NCBI GenBank assembly: GCA_017960885.1
Contig: JAGCYI010000176.1
Span: 27,047 to 91,046 of the forward strand
From: Bacteroidales bacterium
GTDB lineage: Bacteria > Bacteroidota > Bacteroidia > Bacteroidales > UBA3824
Length of the DNA: 64,000 nt
Reading direction: 5' to 3'
This document shows, piece by piece, positions 9,799-18,112 of the stretch; positions within the stretch are counted from its first letter, which is position 1; each line of letters starts with the position of its first letter. The notes below the pieces were generated by a model. It searched no databases, was not told the DNA's origin, and saw only the letters and a program-made list of their open reading frames with translations. The translations under genes and the position numbers were made by a program.

Positions 9799-11328
9799 AT
9801 GGATAAATCGCAAAACAACACTAAGCGTTTAGCGAAAAACACATTATTGCTCTACTTCCGCCAAATCCTAATAATGCTGGTGTCGTTGTACACCGTTAGG
9901 GTGGTGTTGAAAGTACTTGGAGAGGAAGACTACGGTATTTATAACGTTGTGGCGGGTATTGTTACGATGTTCAGTTTTCTGACATCTACTATGGCTTCGG
10001 CAAGCCAACGATACTTAGCTGTGGACTTAACCACAGGCGATCTCACCAAACAAAAACAAACGTTCGGACTAATTTTATGGACATACATTTTGCTGATAAT
10101 TGCCACAGTAGTACTCGCTGAAAGCATTGCAGTGTGGTTTTTGAATGCAAAAATGACCATCCCTGACAATAGGCTGTATGCTGCAAATTGGGTGTTGCAG
10201 GCGGCTATACTGATGTTTGTTGTCAATATTATTGCCACGCCATATCTCTCTGCCGTAATTGCTCATGAAAAAATGGGTGTTTACGCATACGTGAGCATTT
10301 TTGATGCAGTATTAAAATTAGCAATAGTGTTCGTTTTGGAAGTTATGTCTTACGACAAACTAATACTTTACGCTGTTTTATTGTTAACTAGTTCAATTTT
10401 GGCAACTTCTTGTTATATATTATATTGTAGAAAGACATTTCCCGAATGTAAGGCAAATTTGTTTTACGACAAACAGCAAATGAAAGAAATGACCGCATTT
10501 GCCTGGTGGAATATGATTGGAACAGTTGCTAATCTTCTTAGAAGTCAAGGAATTAATGTATTACTGAATCTGTTTTTCAATCCTACAATCAATGCGGCAA
10601 GAGCAATTGCCTATCAAATAAACAATGCAATTATATCATTTTCAAATAATTTTTATACCGCAGTAAAACCTCAAATTATCAAGAGTTACGCTGCTGGTGA
10701 AAATGAGAGGATGATTCATTTGATTACGTCAAGTTCAAGGCTTGCGTTTTTCTTAGTTTTTATGTTGTCGCTACCAGTATATCTTAATATCGACTTTATG
10801 CTGAAACTCTGGCTCGAAAATCCGCCTGAGTATGCATGCCTGTTTTCCAAATTGGTGCTAATCAATATTTTACTCGAAGTTTTCAGTATGCCACTTGTAA
10901 CAGGATTGCAAGCAACGGGGAATATAAAAAGATATCAATCGGTAATATCAGTTATATATTTGCTCAATATTCCAATTTCGTATGTGTTGTTGAGATGCGG
11001 TTATCCGCCAGAAATAACGATGTACGTCAACATTGCTTTGGTGATGATTAGTTTCACGCCACGACTTCTGATATGCAAGAAATATTATTCGTTGTCTATA
11101 CAAGAGTATATGAAAAGCGTTTTACTCAAAACATTATTAGTCACAGCAATTTGTTATACAGCAAACTATTATTTGCTTAGATTGTTTGACGCTAATACTG
11201 TTGTAAATTTGTGCATTTCTTGTGTTGCGATTATTTTTGTTACAGGGTTTGTGATATTATTTATAGGGTTACAAAATGCTGAAAGGCAGTTAATTGCTAA
11301 TAAAATCAAATCTATAATTCATCGTTAG
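9799..11328 (+). CDS. wzx: Wzx-type oligosaccharide flippase (MOP superfamily)
   Basis: The opening RLAKNTLLLYFRQILIMLVSLYTVRVVLKVLGEEDYGIYNVV is typical of polysaccharide-biosynthesis flippases, followed by about 12 or more hydrophobic segments. The ATG at 9799 is preferred. Confidence 0.8.
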   Translation: MDKSQNNTKRLAKNTLLLYFRQILIMLVSLYTVRVVLKVLGEEDYGIYNVVAGIVTMFSFLTSTMASASQRYLAVDLTTGDLTKQKQTFGLILWTYILLIIATVVLAESIAVWFLNAKMTIPDNRLYAANWVLQAAILMFVVNIIATPYLSAVIAHEKMGVYAYVSIFDAVLKLAIVFVLEVMSYDKLILYAVLLLTSSILATSCYILYCRKTFPECKANLFYDKQQMKEMTAFAWWNMIGTVANLLRSQGINVLLNLFFNPTINAARAIAYQINNAIISFSNNFYTAVKPQIIKSYAAGENERMIHLITSSSRLAFFLVFMLSLPVYLNIDFMLKLWLENPPEYACLFSKLVLINILLEVFSMPLVTGLQATGNIKRYQSVISVIYLLNIPISYVLLRCGYPPEITMYVNIALVMISFTPRLLICKKYYSLSIQEYMKSVLLKTLLVTAICYTANYYLLRLFDANTVVNLCISCVAIIFVTGFVILFIGLQNAERQLIANKIKSIIHR

Positions 11329-11329
11329 A

Positions 11330-12502
11330 ATGGCCAATATTATTCGTTGTGCTTTGGGCAAAATCAAACGTAGAGCCAAAATGTATGTCCAAAGATATTA
11401 TGACAGATTCCCTTTTTTGATTAAAAGCCAGCCCAAAGGCGAAAAACGCGCAGTCCATATTTCTGCATTTTCATACGGTAATGCTGGAGATACATTGCTG
11501 CCTGTGGTTTTGCGTGACTTATTTAACGATACAATTGGTATTAAACAATGGCGCAGCGTGGATTTGCATGTGGAAGTCAGGAAATCTGATGTGAGATTTT
11601 ATAATAAAAAAGACTTCGTTGTAATTGGAGGTGGCGGATTATTTTTGAAAGATACAGGTGCAAATGACAATAGTGGCTGGCAATGGAATTGTAGTATTGA
11701 CAATTTAGCTAAAATCAATAAACCCATTATTGCTTTCGCAATTGGCTACAATAGATTCAGAGGTCAAGATGATTTTGAACCAATTTTCACTCAACATTTT
11801 AATCGTTTTGTTGAGCAAGTTAAGTTCATTGGCATTAGGAATCATGGCAGTATCGAAAAATTAAAAAAATACCTTAATTCTGATGCATTGAAAAACAAAC
11901 TGGTATATCAACCTTGCATGACTACTCTGATTTCCAAAATATATCCTCATTTGTACAATTACAGAGCTAAGGATAATTGTGTTGCTTTCAATTGTGCTTT
12001 TGACAGAGCTCAGTTGCGTTCTTCATCAGACCAATATTTACACGCCATAGCAAAAGTAGCAAAATCATTGTCCGAAAAAACTAAAATAAGGTTTTATTCA
12101 CATATTCATTCCGACACATTGGCTTTAAAATATTTTGATGAATACAAGGTGGATTATGAACTTGTTGAATTCAAAAACGTAGGTCAAATTGTTGAATGTT
12201 ATTCACAACCTAGGCTTGTAATTGGAATGAGAGGACATGCCCAAATGATTCCATTTGGATGCGGGACACCCATTCTGTCGATTATTTCTCACGACAAAAT
12301 GCAGTGGTTTCTTGATGATATTCACCATCCAGAATGGGGATGTGACGTTTTGGATAGTGATTTTGAAAACCAACTTATGCAAAAATCACATTCGCTTTTC
12401 GATAATTATGAACAATGTATAGATGATATTGAAGAAGCAAAAAAAATGCTTTGGTCTGTAACATTGGAAAATATGGCAAAAATTAAAGATATACTTAAAT
12501 AA
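11330..12502 (+). CDS. polysaccharide pyruvyl transferase family protein
   Basis: SAFSYGNAGDTLLPVVLRDLF and VIGGGGLF are the motifs of the CsaB/WcaK-type pyruvyl transferase family. Confidence 0.7.
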   Translation: MANIIRCALGKIKRRAKMYVQRYYDRFPFLIKSQPKGEKRAVHISAFSYGNAGDTLLPVVLRDLFNDTIGIKQWRSVDLHVEVRKSDVRFYNKKDFVVIGGGGLFLKDTGANDNSGWQWNCSIDNLAKINKPIIAFAIGYNRFRGQDDFEPIFTQHFNRFVEQVKFIGIRNHGSIEKLKKYLNSDALKNKLVYQPCMTTLISKIYPHLYNYRAKDNCVAFNCAFDRAQLRSSSDQYLHAIAKVAKSLSEKTKIRFYSHIHSDTLALKYFDEYKVDYELVEFKNVGQIVECYSQPRLVIGMRGHAQMIPFGCGTPILSIISHDKMQWFLDDIHHPEWGCDVLDSDFENQLMQKSHSLFDNYEQCIDDIEEAKKMLWSVTLENMAKIKDILK

Positions 12503-13374
12503 TGCAACCACCGAAAATAATAGCCGAAATAGGCTGTAACCACAAGGGCGACATGTCTGTCGCCAAGGAGATGATAATGACCGCGGCTACATATTGCAAA
12601 GCCGACATAGTAAAATTTCAAAAACGTTGCAACCGTGAATTGCTCACCCCAGAGGAGTACAACGCGCCGCATCCCCATCCCGAAAACTCTTACGGGAAGA
12701 CATATGGCGAACATCGCGAGTTTTTGGAGTTCGATTTGGAACAGCACCGACAACTCCAACAATGGTGCAATGAGTTTGGTATCGAATATTCCACTTCTGT
12801 ATGGGACTTGACATCTGCAAAGGAAATCTGCACGCTCAACCCAAGGATGATAAAAATTCCTTCCGCATGCAATCTCAATAAACCGCTTTTAGAGTATCTG
12901 TGCCACAATTTCGGAGGAGAAATACACGTTTCGTTCGGTATGACATCCAAAGAAGAGGAAGAAGAAATTGTTTCTTTCTTCGAGGCTCAAAAACGCAATC
13001 AAGATCTTGTGATTTACAATTGCACTTCGGGCTATCCCGTGCCGTTTGAGGACATCTGTCTTTTGGACATCAAACGTCTTTACGAAAAGTTTGAACACAG
13101 GGTCAAGGCAATTGGCTTTTCGGGACACCATCTTGGCATTGCTGTGGATTCGGCGGCAGTAGCATTGGGCGCAACGTTCATCGAACGTCATTACACTCTC
13201 GACCGCACTTGGAAAGGTACCGACCACGCCGCATCTCTTGAGCCCGACGGTGTCCGCAAACTTGCTCGCGACTGTCGTGCAGTTGCCAAGGCTCTGACCT
13301 ACAAACAAGAGGACATCCTTGATATTGAAAAGGTTCAGCGTAACAAATTGAAAAAAAATCAAGTGAAATGGTAA
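12502..13374 (+). CDS. NeuB-family nonulosonic acid (phosphate) synthase, short form without the C-terminal SAF domain
   Basis: KIIAEIGCNHKGDMSVAKEMIMTAATYCKADIVKFQK is the NeuB TIM-barrel opening. HHLG and ERHYTLD are also present. The protein is only 290 aa. Its start overlaps the upstream stop (TAATG). Confidence 0.8.
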   Translation: MQPPKIIAEIGCNHKGDMSVAKEMIMTAATYCKADIVKFQKRCNRELLTPEEYNAPHPHPENSYGKTYGEHREFLEFDLEQHRQLQQWCNEFGIEYSTSVWDLTSAKEICTLNPRMIKIPSACNLNKPLLEYLCHNFGGEIHVSFGMTSKEEEEEIVSFFEAQKRNQDLVIYNCTSGYPVPFEDICLLDIKRLYEKFEHRVKAIGFSGHHLGIAVDSAAVALGATFIERHYTLDRTWKGTDHAASLEPDGVRKLARDCRAVAKALTYKQEDILDIEKVQRNKLKKNQVKW

Positions 13375-13401
13375 TAATTTGGTCAATTAACTAAAAAATA
13401 T

Positions 13402-13432
13402 TTTGCCGATAAAACAAAAAGCATTAGATTTG
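13402..13432 (+). promoter_or_regulatory. consensus Bacteroidetes promoter (TTTG-N19-TAgaTTTG) internal to the capsule operon
   Basis: TTTG lies at 13402-13405 and TAGATTTG at 13425-13432. The spacing fits the published TTTG/TAnnTTTG architecture, and the element sits directly upstream of the Panacea-domain gene. Confidence 0.5.
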
Positions 13433-13458
13433 CAGTGAACAATCAAAATGAAACTACT

Positions 13459-14010
13459 ATGTCGTACACTAGACTTTTTAAACAGGACGTAACAATTCAG
13501 GCTATTCTGTATATCTTACAGAAAATGGGTGGCGTGTGCGATATTCATAAATGTCACAAAATCCTATATTTTTCCGACAACGAACATTTGTCGCGTTTTG
13601 GTAGGTCTATCACAGGTGATTCATACATTAAAATGGAATGGGGGCCAGTTCCAACGTGTGTTTATGACTTGTTGAAGGCTGTTAGGGGCGATAGTTACTT
13701 TGCAGCGCAGGTTGAAAACATAAGAAATAATATGTTTCATTTTGTTAATCAAAAAGACATTCAATCAACATCTGCTCCCGATATGGACTATTTGTCACAA
13801 TCAGAGGTAGATATTCTTGATAAATACATATCACAGTTTAAAGACCTTACCTTTCAACAAGTTTCGGAATTATCGCATGGTTTTGCGTGGAGCAATACCA
13901 AACGATACGGAGAAATTAGTGTTCGCGACCGTTTGACAGAACTTGGTGATAATGACGGTTACATTGATTTCATCGAAGAGCAATTAAAAGCGGAGGAGGC
14001 CTTTGCATAA
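13459..14010 (+). CDS. Panacea (DUF4065/SocA-like) domain antitoxin candidate
   Basis: KCHKILYFSDNEHLSRFGRSITGDSYIKMEWGPVPTCVYDLL fits the Panacea core pattern (K-x-x-K-L-L-Y ... G-x-P-I ... W-x-x-G-P-V). ATG 13459 is chosen because GTG 13435 lies only about 3 nt from the -7 box. Confidence 0.6.
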   Translation: MSYTRLFKQDVTIQAILYILQKMGGVCDIHKCHKILYFSDNEHLSRFGRSITGDSYIKMEWGPVPTCVYDLLKAVRGDSYFAAQVENIRNNMFHFVNQKDIQSTSAPDMDYLSQSEVDILDKYISQFKDLTFQQVSELSHGFAWSNTKRYGEISVRDRLTELGDNDGYIDFIEEQLKAEEAFA

Positions 14011-14426
14011 TGGAAGTTCCTTTGTCTGTGATATCATCTTCAGTGGTTAGAGGAGCAATTCTTCTTTCAGACTTTGAAGGGATTGACCATAGAAAGTTTT
14101 TCGTTGTGATGGGAATAAGCAAGGATAAAGTATGTGGATTCTTTTTTATAAACTCTAATGTTCATCCATTGATATTTAATAAACAAGAACTCCTTGATTT
14201 ACAATATCCTTTAAAACATTCCGATTACACGTTTCTTAAATATGATTCGTTTCTCTGTGCTTCTACAGTGATAGAGCGAAATCTTAGCGATATTGCAGAC
14301 GATATCAGTCGCGGTGGCACATCCATTATTGGCAAATTAAAAGATGAGCATATATCAGACGTATTGCAAATGGTAAATTCTTCTGTTGCAATTAGCAATC
14401 GACATAAGAAATTGTATTTTCAGTAG
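14010..14426 (+). CDS. uncharacterised 138-aa protein, candidate toxin partner of the Panacea antitoxin
   Basis: Its start overlaps the upstream stop by 1 nt (TAATG), which indicates translational coupling. It has no TM segment. A weak MazF/PemK-like pattern (RGAILLSDFEG...RKFFVVMG...FFFINS) is only a guess. Confidence 0.4.
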   Translation: MEVPLSVISSSVVRGAILLSDFEGIDHRKFFVVMGISKDKVCGFFFINSNVHPLIFNKQELLDLQYPLKHSDYTFLKYDSFLCASTVIERNLSDIADDISRGGTSIIGKLKDEHISDVLQMVNSSVAISNRHKKLYFQ

Positions 14427-14452
14427 TATTATACTCTTATATAATAATATAC

Positions 14453-15610
14453 ATGGTAACTGCATTTATCCCTGTTCGTGGTGGCAGTAAGTCAATTCCT
14501 CTCAAAAACATAAAGCCATTTTGCGGCAAGCCGTTGGTTTGTTGGAACATTGAGGCTTTGGAAAATTGTGCGGAAGTGGACAAAATTATTGTTGCCACAG
14601 ATTCCGACGAAATCGAAACAACCGTCGGTAAATTCAATTATAAGAAAACTAAAATCTACCGCCGATCCAAAGAAAACGCATCTGATACGGCAAGTACAGA
14701 AAGTGTAATGCTTGAATATATTAAAGCCGTACAAATGTCTGATGATGAAATATTTATGTTGGTTCAAGCAACCTCACCGCTTACACAGACCGCAGATTTT
14801 TCGGGCGGATTAACGATGTATTCTTCGGGACAATACGATAGTATTTTAACTTGTGTACGCAATTACCGTTTCTTTTGGAATACAGACGGGACAAGCCAAA
14901 ATTATGATTACAAAAACCGTCCACGTCGTCAGAATTTTGACGGAATGTTGATGGAAAACGGAGCATTCTACATCAACACCGTTAAAAACATTAAGACATC
15001 AGGCAACCGTTTGAACGGCAAGATTGGCATTTACGAAATGCCCGAATACACCTCCGCCGAAATCGACGAACCTGACGACTGGATTATCCTCGAAAATTTG
15101 ATGCGCCGTCATATCTTATCTAAAAACCGACCGTCTAAACCTGAAATAAAACTCTTTTTGAGCGACGTTGACGGCACCCTCACCGATGGAGGAATGTATT
15201 ATTCCGAATCCGGTGACGAACTCAAAAAATACAACACCCGCGATGGAATGGGCTTTCAAATGCTTCGTGAACGAGGCATCAAAACTGGAATCATCACTTC
15301 CGAGAATATGGCGCTCAACAAACGCCGTTTTGAGAAACTTAAAGTTGATTTCCTCATTCAAGGCAAACGCAACGGCGGCAAACTCGAAGCGGCATTGGAA
15401 ATATGTTCGCAACTAAACATCAGCTTGGAGAATGTTGCCTTTATTGGTGATGATGTCAATGATGTTGAGTTGCTGTCTAAGGTAGGATTTGCAGCGTGTC
15501 CGGCCGATGCTTGTGAAGAGGTAAAGTCTGTTCCTGCAATTGAGGTGATGACACGGAAAGGCGGCGAAGGTTGTGTGAGAGAAATGGTTACATTGGTAAA
15601 TAAAATGTAA
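14453..15610 (+). CDS. bifunctional CMP-nonulosonate synthetase (N-terminal) / KdsC-type HAD phosphatase (C-terminal)
   Basis: The N-terminus AFIPVRGGSKSIPLKNIKPFCGKPLV is the acylneuraminate cytidylyltransferase signature. The C-terminal half has intact HAD motifs: DVDGTLTDGGMYY, ITSE and GDDVNDVELL. Confidence 0.85.
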   Translation: MVTAFIPVRGGSKSIPLKNIKPFCGKPLVCWNIEALENCAEVDKIIVATDSDEIETTVGKFNYKKTKIYRRSKENASDTASTESVMLEYIKAVQMSDDEIFMLVQATSPLTQTADFSGGLTMYSSGQYDSILTCVRNYRFFWNTDGTSQNYDYKNRPRRQNFDGMLMENGAFYINTVKNIKTSGNRLNGKIGIYEMPEYTSAEIDEPDDWIILENLMRRHILSKNRPSKPEIKLFLSDVDGTLTDGGMYYSESGDELKKYNTRDGMGFQMLRERGIKTGIITSENMALNKRRFEKLKVDFLIQGKRNGGKLEAALEICSQLNISLENVAFIGDDVNDVELLSKVGFAACPADACEEVKSVPAIEVMTRKGGEGCVREMVTLVNKM

Positions 15611-15638
15611 TCCCCCAAAGACTTAAATATTTTAACTA

Positions 15639-16397
15639 ATGGAAAAGAAATTTGAAGATTTTATTGTTTCGGATCAAACAAAAACAATAGAAGCTCTTAT
15701 CAAAATTAACAATAATAAACAAGGATTTGTTATTGTAATAGATAATTATGATAAGGTTGTAGGAGTACTTACTGATGGAGATGTTCGCAGATCTATTATA
15801 AAAGAACACTCCCTCAATGATAATATTTCGTCGATTTTTACTCGTGATGCGGTTATAATTTCGATTAGTGATGGATTTGAAGCCGTAATAGAATCATTTA
15901 AAAAACAATCAATAAAGTTTATTCCCATTGTTGATGATCAATGCAGATTAGTAAATATTATTACCAAGGGTCAGATGCATGCATTATTATTGCAAGATAT
16001 CCAAGCCGATTTGTCGTACGATTTCTTTTCTCTTGATACTAATGTTGTGGATCATGAAATATATCTAAGACCTTGGGGGTATTATAAAACAACTGTTTTA
16101 AACGATTATTTTCAAACCAAAATAATCAGTGTTAAACCACAAGGTCAGTTGAGTCTTCAATCACATAATCATAGAGAAGAACATTGGATAGTGGCTCATG
16201 GAGAGGGTCTAGTTCAATTAGACAAATCAATAATTAAGGTAAGATGTGGCAGTAATATTTTTATTCCATTAGGATGTAAGCATCGACTTACCAACATATC
16301 AGATAATGAGTCGTTGATAATTACCGAGGTTCAAATTGGTGATTATTTTGGCGAAGATGACATTATCAGATATGAAGATATTTATGGCAGATGCTAA
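15639..16397 (+). CDS. CBS-pair domain fused to a type II phosphomannose-isomerase cupin
   Basis: The N-terminus FVIVIDNYDKVVGVLTDGDVRR is CBS-like. The C-terminus RPWGYYKTTVL...VKPQGQLSLQSHNHREEHWIVAHGEG matches the ManC C-terminal PMI cupin. Confidence 0.7.
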   Translation: MEKKFEDFIVSDQTKTIEALIKINNNKQGFVIVIDNYDKVVGVLTDGDVRRSIIKEHSLNDNISSIFTRDAVIISISDGFEAVIESFKKQSIKFIPIVDDQCRLVNIITKGQMHALLLQDIQADLSYDFFSLDTNVVDHEIYLRPWGYYKTTVLNDYFQTKIISVKPQGQLSLQSHNHREEHWIVAHGEGLVQLDKSIIKVRCGSNIFIPLGCKHRLTNISDNESLIITEVQIGDYFGEDDIIRYEDIYGRC

Positions 16398-16492
16398 TTT
16401 AACCACTTTTTTAGAATTCTCTATTCTTCATATTTATAATTGAATTAAATTAATTACCAATATTCCTTTTTAAGGAAATATACTTAATATAT

Positions 16493-17734
16493 ATGCAAAA
16501 TCGCATCTATCTCTGCCTTGCCCACATGGGAGGCAGTGAAATGAAGTACATTCAGGAGGCTTTCGACACTAACTGGGTTGTGCCGCTTGGCCCTAATGTC
16601 AATGCCTTTGAAACCGACTTGGAAGTTTTTGTCGGTCAGAACAAAAAAGTTGTTGCGCTTACTACCGGCACTGCGGCGGTGCATTTAGCTTTGTTAGCTT
16701 GTGGAGTGCAACCCGGCGACGAGGTTATTGTGCAGTCGTTCACATTCTGCGCTTCTTCGCACCCTATAACATATTTGGGCGCTACACCTGTGTTTGTGGA
16801 TTCCGAACCCGACACTTGGAATATGGATCCTGTGCTTTTGAAGCAGGCTATTGTGGATCGAATTGCCAAAACCGGACGCAAACCAAAGGCTATTGTGCCT
16901 GTGTATCTCTATGGTATGCCTGCCAAAATTAATGAAATAATGGCAGTGGCTCGCGAGTTCGACATTCCTGTGGTGGAAGATGCTGCCGAAGGATTTGGAA
17001 GTTTGTACAACGGACAAGTTTGCGGCACATTTGGCAAATATGGTGTGCTGAGTTTTAATGGCAACAAGATGATTACCACATCTGGTGGTGGCGCTTTGGT
17101 GTGTCCCGACGAAAATTCCAAAAACGAGATTATGTTTTATGCAACGCAGGCTCGCGAGGCGTATCCGTATTATCAGCACGAAAAAATCGGATACAATTAT
17201 CGTATGAGCAACATTTGCGCTGGTATCGGTCGCGGTCAGATGGAGATTGTCAACGAGCATATCAACCATCACAAGCATCTCACTGCCTTGTACAAAAAAC
17301 TCTTGTCGGTAGTTGACGGTATCACCCTTCATGAAAATCCGTCTCCTGAAATCGACAGCAATTACTGGCTCAATACCATAATCCTTGATAATAATCTTCG
17401 TGTAAAAGGTGAAGATAAAGCCTATACACAGGCAGTTCAAGGTGCTGTTGGTGGTGCGGCAGGTGTTACTCATACCGCAAGGTCGTTGCATACCGATTTT
17501 GAACCCAACAACAATGTTGAGGCTATGCGCATGGCTTTAGACAAAGCCAACATCGAGTCGCGTCCGCTTTGGAAGCCTATGCACTTGCAGCCAGTATATA
17601 AGAATAATCCCGCTTATACCAATGGCGTGAGCGCTTCCTTGTTTAAATGCGGTCTTTGCCTACCATCGGGACCAATGGTGAGCGATGCCGATGTTGAGTA
17701 TATTGTGGATACTATGAAGAACGCGATTATTTAG
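16493..17734 (+). CDS. DegT/DnrJ/EryC1/StrS-family PLP-dependent sugar aminotransferase (PglE/WcfR-like)
   Basis: The opening RIYLCLAHMGGSEMKYIQEAFDTNWVVPLGPNV is typical of this family. FNGNKMITTSGGGAL contains the PLP lysine. Confidence 0.85.
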   Translation: MQNRIYLCLAHMGGSEMKYIQEAFDTNWVVPLGPNVNAFETDLEVFVGQNKKVVALTTGTAAVHLALLACGVQPGDEVIVQSFTFCASSHPITYLGATPVFVDSEPDTWNMDPVLLKQAIVDRIAKTGRKPKAIVPVYLYGMPAKINEIMAVAREFDIPVVEDAAEGFGSLYNGQVCGTFGKYGVLSFNGNKMITTSGGGALVCPDENSKNEIMFYATQAREAYPYYQHEKIGYNYRMSNICAGIGRGQMEIVNEHINHHKHLTALYKKLLSVVDGITLHENPSPEIDSNYWLNTIILDNNLRVKGEDKAYTQAVQGAVGGAAGVTHTARSLHTDFEPNNNVEAMRMALDKANIESRPLWKPMHLQPVYKNNPAYTNGVSASLFKCGLCLPSGPMVSDADVEYIVDTMKNAII

Positions 17735-17740
17735 TTTGCT

Positions 17741-18112
17741 ATGACCAATCAAGAAATCGGCATCCTCGGTGAAAATGCTGCCGCAGATCTTCTACAACAG
17801 AAAGGTTACACTATCTTAGAACGCAACTACCATGTTGGTCATCTTGAAGTGGATATTATAGCGTTTAAAGATGGTATTATTGTTTTCGTTGAGGTAAAAA
17901 CTCGCTCTGCCGACTACCTTGTTGCTCCGCAGGAGGCTGTGAACTATCGCAAACAGAGCCTTATTATTAATGCTGCAAACGGATATATCCGCAAACACAA
18001 ACGTACTGAGGAGGCACGCCTTGATGTTATAACTGTGCTACACAAAGGTGGTAAGATTACCAGTGTGTCCCATATTGAGAACGCTTATTATCCAACCGTT
18101 AGAACCCATTGA
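17741..18112 (+). CDS. yraN: YraN-family (UPF0102) endonuclease-like protein
   Basis: GENAAADLLQQKGYTILERNYHVGHLEVDIIAFKDGIIVFVEVKTR is the YraN signature. Confidence 0.8.
   Translation: MTNQEIGILGENAAADLLQQKGYTILERNYHVGHLEVDIIAFKDGIIVFVEVKTRSADYLVAPQEAVNYRKQSLIINAANGYIRKHKRTEEARLDVITVLHKGGKITSVSHIENAYYPTVRTH

Noticed and set aside
12502-13374. Calling the NeuB-like gene an N-acetylneuraminate (Neu5Ac) synthase
   Set aside because: There is no neuC-type epimerase and the SAF domain is missing. A dedicated HAD phosphatase and a PMI cupin lie next to it, which fits a phosphorylated-mannose (Kdn-type) route better. Substrate specificity still cannot be read from the sequence.
16694-17491. 265-aa antisense ORF inside the DegT aminotransferase gene
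   Set aside because: The sense strand has unmistakable DegT motifs. The antisense product is low-complexity with no motif. Long antisense ORFs are expected in the more G+C-rich genes.
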